The notes below the pieces were generated by a model. The model worked only from the letters and a program-made list of their open reading frames with translations. It was not told where the DNA came from and ran no database searches. Shown here piece by piece: positions 57,994-64,000 of a stretch of DNA of 64,000 bases. Within the stretch, counting starts at the first letter, position 1. Each line of letters starts with the position of its first letter. This stretch comes from Comamonadaceae bacterium (lineage in GTDB: Bacteria; Pseudomonadota; Gammaproteobacteria; Burkholderiales; Burkholderiaceae_C): positions 7,427 to 71,426 of the forward strand of contig JAIXWZ010000110.1 in NCBI GenBank assembly GCA_027491035.1, read 5' to 3'. The position numbers and the translations under genes are program-made.

Positions 57994-58851
57994 TTACCAA
58001 CCGGCCAAGGGATGCATTGGCAGCATGCTGCACACCCGAGCGGTCCAACCATCAGCGGGCTTGCCTGGTTCGGCGTCTGCAAACCGGCCTGTGGGCAGGA
58101 GAGCAAACAGCGCGCTGCCTGAGCCCGTCATGCGCCCCTGCAGTCCCTGATCGCTCAGCCACTGAAGGCCCAGCCCGATTTCGGGTTGCAGTTTTTGCGC
58201 CACAGGCTGCAGGTCGTTGCGGCCAAATCCGAAGATTTGTTCCGGTCCAAGTGCAGCAAAGCCCGAAATTGTAGCAGCTTTGCTGTCGCGCCTGAGCTCG
58301 GGCGAGGCAAAGATGGCCGGCGTGGACAGACCGGCCGGCGGCTTGAGCACCAAAAACCGGGCATCGGGCAGATCGATCGGCTGCAGCTGCTCGCCGATGC
58401 CCTCGACCCAGGCATGGCGGCCGAGCAGAAAGAACGGGACGTCGGCGCCCAGCTGCAAGGCCAGGGCCTGCAGATCTTCGCGCGGCAGGGGGGTGTTCCA
58501 CAGGCGCATCAGGCCAAGCAGGCAGGTGGCGGCGTCGGACGAGCCTCCGCCCATACCTGCCTGTGAGGCAATGCGCTTGACCAGGTGGATGTGAACGCCC
58601 AAACGGCAGCCGGTGGCTTGCTGCAGGGCGCGGGCTGCGCGCACGCACAGGTCGTCGGCCGGCAGCGGCTCGCACCCCTCTTCGCTGCGGCTGATCTGCC
58701 CGTCCGTGCGCACCTGCAGATGCAAGGTGTCGCACCAGTCGATGAGCATGAAGACCGACTGCAGCAGGTGGTAGCCATCGCTGCGCCTGCCCACCACATG
58801 CAAGAAGGCGTTGAGCTTGGCCGGTGCCTGCAAGTCGTAGAGGGCCTTCAT
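57994..58851 (-). CDS. ispE: 4-diphosphocytidyl-2-C-methyl-D-erythritol kinase
   Basis: APAKLN, AGMGGGSSDAA, LGADVPFF, MTGSGS. Confidence 0.96.
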   Translation of the reverse strand: MKALYDLQAPAKLNAFLHVVGRRSDGYHLLQSVFMLIDWCDTLHLQVRTDGQISRSEEGCEPLPADDLCVRAARALQQATGCRLGVHIHLVKRIASQAGMGGGSSDAATCLLGLMRLWNTPLPREDLQALALQLGADVPFFLLGRHAWVEGIGEQLQPIDLPDARFLVLKPPAGLSTPAIFASPELRRDSKAATISGFAALGPEQIFGFGRNDLQPVAQKLQPEIGLGLQWLSDQGLQGRMTGSGSALFALLPTGRFADAEPGKPADGWTARVCSMLPMHPLAGW

Positions 58852-58921
58852 GGCAGATTCACGCCCGGGCGCGACGCAGAGGCGAGCCCATGTCCGGCCG
58901 CTGTTCGCACGTCCCTGGGCC

Positions 58922-59455
58922 TCATCGGTCCAGCAAGATGCGCAGTTGCACCGTGGGTTCAGGGTTTTGCCGGCTCGCCAGCAGCCGCCCCTGGCCCAGC
59001 CCCGACAGGTCGGCCTGCCAGCCCGCCACGGGCGTGGGCACGCCGGCCAGCCAATCGAACAGCGCCCCCAGCGGCAGCGCTGCGCCGGTGGCGTGGGTCA
59101 GCAGCTCTTCCATCGAGCGGTAGCGCCGGGCATCAGAGCCCGAGCGCAGCACCGCCTGCTCGGCCGTCCATTGCGCGCTGGCCACGGCTGTACCCAGGGG
59201 CGAGTTGAGCAGCAGCTGGCCCTGTGACGGGTTGCCGCTGAGCTCGAAGCCGGCTGAAAACGCCTGCGGCGGGTTCGACCCCACCTGCATGCTCAGCCGC
59301 CCGCTCCAGTGCTCGGGGCCTTGCCGCGCGGTGCGGGTGGCGCAGCCAGCCAGGGCGATGGCCGACAGCAAGATGAAGGCGCGGCGCGCCTCGGCGGCGC
59401 TGGCCTGAGCTTGCGCGGCTGGCTGGGCTTGCACGGCCTGCACGGCCTGCATCAT
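58922..59455 (-). CDS. lolB: Outer membrane lipoprotein insertase
   Basis: Lipobox LAGC, LLLNSPLG, LPLGALFDWL; TPR-lolB-ispE synteny. Confidence 0.85.
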   Translation of the reverse strand: MMQAVQAVQAQPAAQAQASAAEARRAFILLSAIALAGCATRTARQGPEHWSGRLSMQVGSNPPQAFSAGFELSGNPSQGQLLLNSPLGTAVASAQWTAEQAVLRSGSDARRYRSMEELLTHATGAALPLGALFDWLAGVPTPVAGWQADLSGLGQGRLLASRQNPEPTVQLRILLDR

Positions 59456-61209
59456 GGCTGAACCTGCAGGCGCTTGAGGGTCTCCTGCAAGGTGTCGTTG
59501 TCGGCGTTGAGCTGCAAGCCCTCGCGCCAGATCATCAGGGCGCGCTCGCGCTGGCCCAGGCTCCAGAGAATCTCGCCAAAGTGGGCGGCAATCTCGGCAT
59601 CGGGTTTGGCCTTGTAGGCGATTTCGATGAGCCGCAGCGCCTCTTGCCGGTTGCCCAGCCGAAACTCCACCCAGGCCAGGCTGTCCTGGATGTAGGGATC
59701 TGACGGTGCAAACTCCAGCGCTTTCTCGATGAGCTGCTTGGCCTCTGCCAGGCGCACGCCGCGATCGGCCAGTGAGTAGCCCAGCGCGTTGTAGGCGGCG
59801 TGGTAATCGGGTTTGAGCTGCAGGATCTGGCGCAGCAGGGTTTCCATCTCATCGAAGCGGCCGAGCTTTTCAGCCAGGATGGACTTCTCGTAGATCAGCT
59901 CGTGATCTTTGGGCGCTTGCACCACTGCGCGGCTCATGAGTTCGTAGGCGGGGGCGTATTGCTTGAATTCGCGCAGCAGGTTGACCTCGGCCAGCACTTT
60001 GCGCCGGGCCTCCTGGGCGTTGGGCTCGGGCAGTTGCTGGATCAGGGCTCGTGCCTGGGCCATCTGCCCCTGGCGCGCCAGCAGCGAAGCGCGCCGGCTT
60101 TGGGTCTGCACCAGCAGCTCTGGGTCCTGGACTTCGGCCAGCCACTTTTGCGCCTGTGCCAGGTCGCCCTGGCGCTCAGCGATCTGGGCGAGCATCAGAT
60201 GCGCCTGCGCCATGCCTCGGCGCACCCGCTGGTTGGAGCCCTCCTGAGCGGCCTGCGCGCGGGCCAGGCTCAGGTAGCGCTGCAGGCTCGCTTGTGCCAC
60301 GGTGCCTTGGGCCTGGTCCATCTGCAGCGAGCCCAGCAGCAGCCAGCCTTCGGCAAACTCGGCCTGCTCACGCGTGAGCTGCTCGAGTTGCAGCGCGCTT
60401 TCTGCATAGCGCTGGGCATCGAGCAAATTGCGGGCGTAGTTCAGCCGCACCTCGGCCGCAGCGCTGGCTGGCGGCTTTGCATCGAGGTATTGGCGCACCA
60501 GGGCCTCGGCCTGGGGCTGGCGTGGATTCATCAGCTCGAGCGCCAGATCGACGCCGGCCTGGCTGCGCGGCTGAGCCTGCAGCGCGCGGCGCGCCGCCTC
60601 AAGGGCCGCGGCGGTCTCGCCCGCGGCCAGTCTCAGCCGTCCGATGGCCGCCAGTGCAGCATCGGCCGTCTTCGGATCGGCCCGAGCACCGGCCAGTGCC
60701 TGCTCGCCCACCGAGGCGGCGAGCTTTTTGTCACTGGCGCGGGCATACAGCGCAGGCACCAGGCTCAACAGGCGCGGCCGCTCGGCCTCGGCCGTGAGCT
60801 CGATCACGGTGCGCAGGGCTTCAGCACTGTCGCCCACCCGATTCATGGCCAGCAGGATTTGCAGCACATAACGGCTGGCCTCCAGCGACTTGGGATGGGC
60901 TTCACGCCAGCTGCGCGCCACCTGCAAGGCCGATTCGCCCGCGCGAGCGCCCAGGGCCAGATCGGCCGCGCGCTGGAACAAGCGCTCATCCTGGGTCTTG
61001 CGCGCCGCATCGAGCAGCAAGGACACGGCTGCGCCGGTCTCGCCATTGGCCGCGTTCATTTCGCCCAGCAGCACCTGGTAGAACAGCTGGGCGTTGGACG
61101 CGCTTTGCCGGCGCGCATCGGTTGGAGGGGTCGTGCCAGCGCTCTGGGCGTGCACCGCCGGCGTGGCCAAGGTCAGGCCAAGCAGGGCCCACAGGAGCGG
61201 CTTTTTCAT
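59452..61209 (-). CDS. Tetratricopeptide repeat protein
   Basis: Signal peptide; AYNALGYSLAD, YIQDSLAWVEF, EIAAHFGEILW. Confidence 0.9.
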   Translation of the reverse strand: MKKPLLWALLGLTLATPAVHAQSAGTTPPTDARRQSASNAQLFYQVLLGEMNAANGETGAAVSLLLDAARKTQDERLFQRAADLALGARAGESALQVARSWREAHPKSLEASRYVLQILLAMNRVGDSAEALRTVIELTAEAERPRLLSLVPALYARASDKKLAASVGEQALAGARADPKTADAALAAIGRLRLAAGETAAALEAARRALQAQPRSQAGVDLALELMNPRQPQAEALVRQYLDAKPPASAAAEVRLNYARNLLDAQRYAESALQLEQLTREQAEFAEGWLLLGSLQMDQAQGTVAQASLQRYLSLARAQAAQEGSNQRVRRGMAQAHLMLAQIAERQGDLAQAQKWLAEVQDPELLVQTQSRRASLLARQGQMAQARALIQQLPEPNAQEARRKVLAEVNLLREFKQYAPAYELMSRAVVQAPKDHELIYEKSILAEKLGRFDEMETLLRQILQLKPDYHAAYNALGYSLADRGVRLAEAKQLIEKALEFAPSDPYIQDSLAWVEFRLGNRQEALRLIEIAYKAKPDAEIAAHFGEILWSLGQRERALMIWREGLQLNADNDTLQETLKRLQVQP

Positions 61210-61260
61210 TGGCTCATGATAATGGAAGGTTCAAGTCAACGCCTTGCAGTCTGATTGCGC

Positions 61261-62079
61261 ATGCCTGAATTGCCCGAAGTCGAGGTCACCCGACTGAGTT
61301 TTGCCAGCCGTATCACCGGTGCCCGCATCCAGGCCGCCAGCCTGGGCAAGCCGCTGCGCTGGCCTCTGGGCTGCCCCTGCGAGACCTTGACCGGGCGCAC
61401 AGTCACTGGCGTGCGGCGGCGCGGTAAGTATCTGCTGATCGACCTGCAGCCCTCTGGCCTGCTGCTGATGCACCTGGGCATGTCGGGCAGTGTCATGTTC
61501 GATACGCACTTGCCGCCCCCGGGACGGCACGATCACTTCGACTTGGTCACCAGCCAGGGCACGCTCAGGCTGCACGATCCGCGCCGTTTTGGCGCGGTGG
61601 TTTATTCGGCTGACGAGCAACAGGAGCCGGCTAGCAAGCTGCTCTCGGGGCTGGGCGTTGAGCCGCTGGGCGGCCAGTTCGATGCGCTGGCTTTTCATCG
61701 CGCGCTCAAGGACAAGAAGGCGACCATCAAGCAAGTCTTGCTGGCTGGCCAGGTGGTGGTGGGCGTGGGCAATATCTACGCCTGCGAGGCGCTCTTTATG
61801 GCCGGCATCCGGCCCACCTTGCGGGCCCATCGCATCAGCCGGCCACGCGCCGAGCGCCTGCATGCAGCCATTTGCCAGGTGCTGGCGCAGGCGGTGGCCC
61901 AGGGCGGCAGCACCCTGCGCGATTTTTCCAATGCCATGGGGCAGGCCGGTCACTTCCAGCTTGCGGCCCAGGTCTACGATCGCTCTGGCCAGCCTTGCCG
62001 GCACTGCCAGACGCCGATTCGGCGCATCGTGCAGCAGCAGCGCTCGACCTACTTTTGCCCCGATTGCCAGCGCCCATGA
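61261..62079 (+). CDS. mutM: Formamidopyrimidine-DNA glycosylase
   Basis: [21 protein letters not shown]-terminal zinc finger. Confidence 0.96.
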   Translation: MPELPEVEVTRLSFASRITGARIQAASLGKPLRWPLGCPCETLTGRTVTGVRRRGKYLLIDLQPSGLLLMHLGMSGSVMFDTHLPPPGRHDHFDLVTSQGTLRLHDPRRFGAVVYSADEQQEPASKLLSGLGVEPLGGQFDALAFHRALKDKKATIKQVLLAGQVVVGVGNIYACEALFMAGIRPTLRAHRISRPRAERLHAAICQVLAQAVAQGGSTLRDFSNAMGQAGHFQLAAQVYDRSGQPCRHCQTPIRRIVQQQRSTYFCPDCQRP

Positions 62080-63125
62080 GCGCCGATGCCGTGCTCAGCG
62101 CGTCTGTGGTGCGAGGGTTTGCGCGGCGCCTGCTGGCCTGGCACCCGATCCATGGACGCAGCGACCTGCCCTGGCAGGGCAGCCGCGACCCTTACCGGGT
62201 CTGGCTTTCCGAAATCATGCTGCAGCAAACCCAGGTGGTCACGGTGCTGGGCTACTACCAGCGGTTTTTGGAGCGCTTTCCCTGCGTGCAGGATCTGGCC
62301 GCCGCGCCACTCGACGAGGTGCTGGGCTTGTGGAGCGGTCTGGGCTACTACAGCCGCGCGCGCAATCTGCACCGCTGCGCCATCGCGGTGGTCGAGCGCT
62401 TCGGCGGTTTTCCATCGACTGCCGAGCAATTGCAGAGCCTGCCGGGCATCGGCCCGTCGACCGCCGCAGCCATCGCCTCTTTTTGTTTTAGCGAGCGCGC
62501 CGCCATCTTGGACGGCAATGTCAAGCGGGTGCTCGCTAGGGTGCTGGCGTTTGACGGCGACGTGGGGACCAGCGCTGGGCACAGGCAGTTGCTGGCCTAT
62601 GCCCAGCAGTTGTTGCCGCCCGCCGATTGCATGCCCGTCTACAGCCAGGCCATCATGGACTTGGGTGCCACAGTCTGCCTGCCGCGACAGCCCCAGTGCG
62701 GCGTCTGTCCGCTCGCTGGCCTGTGCAAGGCCCGGCGCCAAGACCAGGTGACGCACTATCCGCTCAAGTCACGCAAGATCAAGCGCTCGAGCGTGCGACT
62801 GTGGCTGCTTTGGGCGGTGCGCGCCGACGGGGCCGTGTGGCTCGCACGCCGTCCGGAGTCGGGAATTTGGGGGGGCCTGTATTGCCTGCCGGTGTTCGAG
62901 TCGGCGCAGGCGCTGCTGCAGGGCCTGCCCGAGCGTTTGCACCCCACAGTGCAGGAGCAGCCTGCTTTTTTGCACGCCCTGACCCATCGCGATTTGCATT
63001 TGCATCCGATGCAGGTGGTCGTCGACGGCCGGCGCGATCGGCTCGGCCAGGGCCAGTGGTGCAAGCCCGACGAACTACCCGGCTTGGGCCTGCCGGCGCC
63101 AGTGCGCAAGCTGCTGACGGTTTGA
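62076..63125 (+). CDS. mutY: A/G-specific adenine glycosylase
   Basis: [51 protein letters not shown]. Confidence 0.96.
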   Translation: MSADAVLSASVVRGFARRLLAWHPIHGRSDLPWQGSRDPYRVWLSEIMLQQTQVVTVLGYYQRFLERFPCVQDLAAAPLDEVLGLWSGLGYYSRARNLHRCAIAVVERFGGFPSTAEQLQSLPGIGPSTAAAIASFCFSERAAILDGNVKRVLARVLAFDGDVGTSAGHRQLLAYAQQLLPPADCMPVYSQAIMDLGATVCLPRQPQCGVCPLAGLCKARRQDQVTHYPLKSRKIKRSSVRLWLLWAVRADGAVWLARRPESGIWGGLYCLPVFESAQALLQGLPERLHPTVQEQPAFLHALTHRDLHLHPMQVVVDGRRDRLGQGQWCKPDELPGLGLPAPVRKLLTV

Positions 63126-63148
63126 GCGCCGACTCTTGATCAAGCGCC

Positions 63149-64000
63149 TCATCGCCGCGGGGGCGCGGCAACCCAACGCTGCCAAACCCGCCTGAAATCC
63201 CGCGCCGAGGCAAAACCGCAGGCTTCGGCCAGTTGTTCTTGTGTCAGGGCGGGCTGCTGGGCCAGCAGTTCTTGCGCCCGTGCCATGCGCAGCTGTTGCT
63301 GGTAATCCACCACGCCGATGCCGGTGTGTTGCATGAACAGGCGCGACAAATGGCGGGGGCTTACGCAGCCCACCGTGGCCAGCTCGGCCAATGACCAGCG
63401 GCGGGCCGGGTCTTGGCTCAGGCTTTGCGTGATGGCGTCTTGTGCGCGGTGCACCGCCGGGTGCATGTGGTTGCGGTGCGCCAGCCAAGGTGACAGCTGC
63501 GGATCATTCGGACCACGGCGGGTGTACATCACCAACTGCCGCGCCACCTGGGCCGCCAGCGCTGCACCCGCGACCTGTTCGACGATGTAAAGCGCCAGGT
63601 CAATGCCGGTGGTGATGCCCGCACTGGTCAGGACCCGCCCGTCATCCACAAAAATCCGGTCGGCTTGCACCTGCGCGGTGGGGGCCAGCGCTTGCAGGTC
63701 GGCAATCAAGCTGTGGTGGGTGGTGCAGCGCAGGCCATCCAGGTGGCCCGCCATGGCCAGCAGCAAAGCGCCCGAGCAGATGCTGGCCAGGCGCGTGTCC
63801 GCTTGCATGGCAGTTCGCAGCCAGCGCACCACTTGCCCCGCTGCGGGGGTGGCGTGGTCTTCGCGCTCGTGCCGGTTGCCGGTGATCAGCACCAGGCTGT
63901 TGGGTGGCAGGCTGGGGGGCAGGGGGGCCAGCCCGCCCAGCTGTGTGCCCAGTGAGGTGGGCACATCCGCCAGCGGCCCGCAGGTGTGCAGCGTCAGCGG
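63149..64000 (-). CDS. GlxA family (DJ-1/PfpI plus AraC) transcriptional regulator, 5' truncated by window edge
   Basis: SICSGA, TTHH, TSAGITTGIDLAL, SPRHLSRLF; frame open to position 64000. Confidence 0.9.
   Translation of the reverse strand, partial: PLTLHTCGPLADVPTSLGTQLGGLAPLPPSLPPNSLVLITGNRHEREDHATPAAGQVVRWLRTAMQADTRLASICSGALLLAMAGHLDGLRCTTHHSLIADLQALAPTAQVQADRIFVDDGRVLTSAGITTGIDLALYIVEQVAGAALAAQVARQLVMYTRRGPNDPQLSPWLAHRNHMHPAVHRAQDAITQSLSQDPARRWSLAELATVGCVSPRHLSRLFMQHTGIGVVDYQQQLRMARAQELLAQQPALTQEQLAEACGFASARDFRRVWQRWVAAPPRR

Overview
High-GC betaproteobacterial chromosomal window (Burkholderiales, Comamonadaceae-like by gene content and order). Left part (1-11.7 kb): peptide-type ABC transporter, an RcnB-like secreted protein, a Bug/TctC receptor, a MoxR-GNAT-VWA operon, cytochrome c4, DUF1841 and pcaIJF. 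A lone AbrB/VapC toxin-antitoxin pair with a clear operator follows. Then comes a ~20 kb accessory catabolic region (12.8-33 kb): hydroxyquinol 1,2-dioxygenase, maleylacetate reductase, LysR, two beta-hydroxyacid dehydrogenases, an amidohydrolase, a signal-less NMT1-like PBP-fold protein, AhpD-like, Dabb, SnoaL-like, RutE-like, a citrate-synthase-fold protein with a CoA-transferase III, three Bug receptors, a Liv-type ABC system and TSUP. It has a complete lower pathway but no recognisable ring-hydroxylating oxygenase in the window, so its substrate is unknown. This is the best candidate for an undescribed system. Right part (33-64 kb) is mostly core: trmL, comF, bioC-like, aa3-type cytochrome c oxidase cluster, rpoH with a perfect CIRCE, a GT2/DUF2064 pair, ftsY, M16 peptidase pair, rsmD, coaD, ferredoxin, pth, rplY, prs, tRNA-Gln, ispE, lolB, TPR protein, mutM, mutY and a partial GlxA-type regulator. 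A CGTC-tagged palindromic repeat occurs at three loci, and at one it supplies the C-terminus and stop codon of the ferredoxin gene. No CRISPR, integrase, transposase or rRNA was seen. All family assignments come from motif recognition, not database searches.
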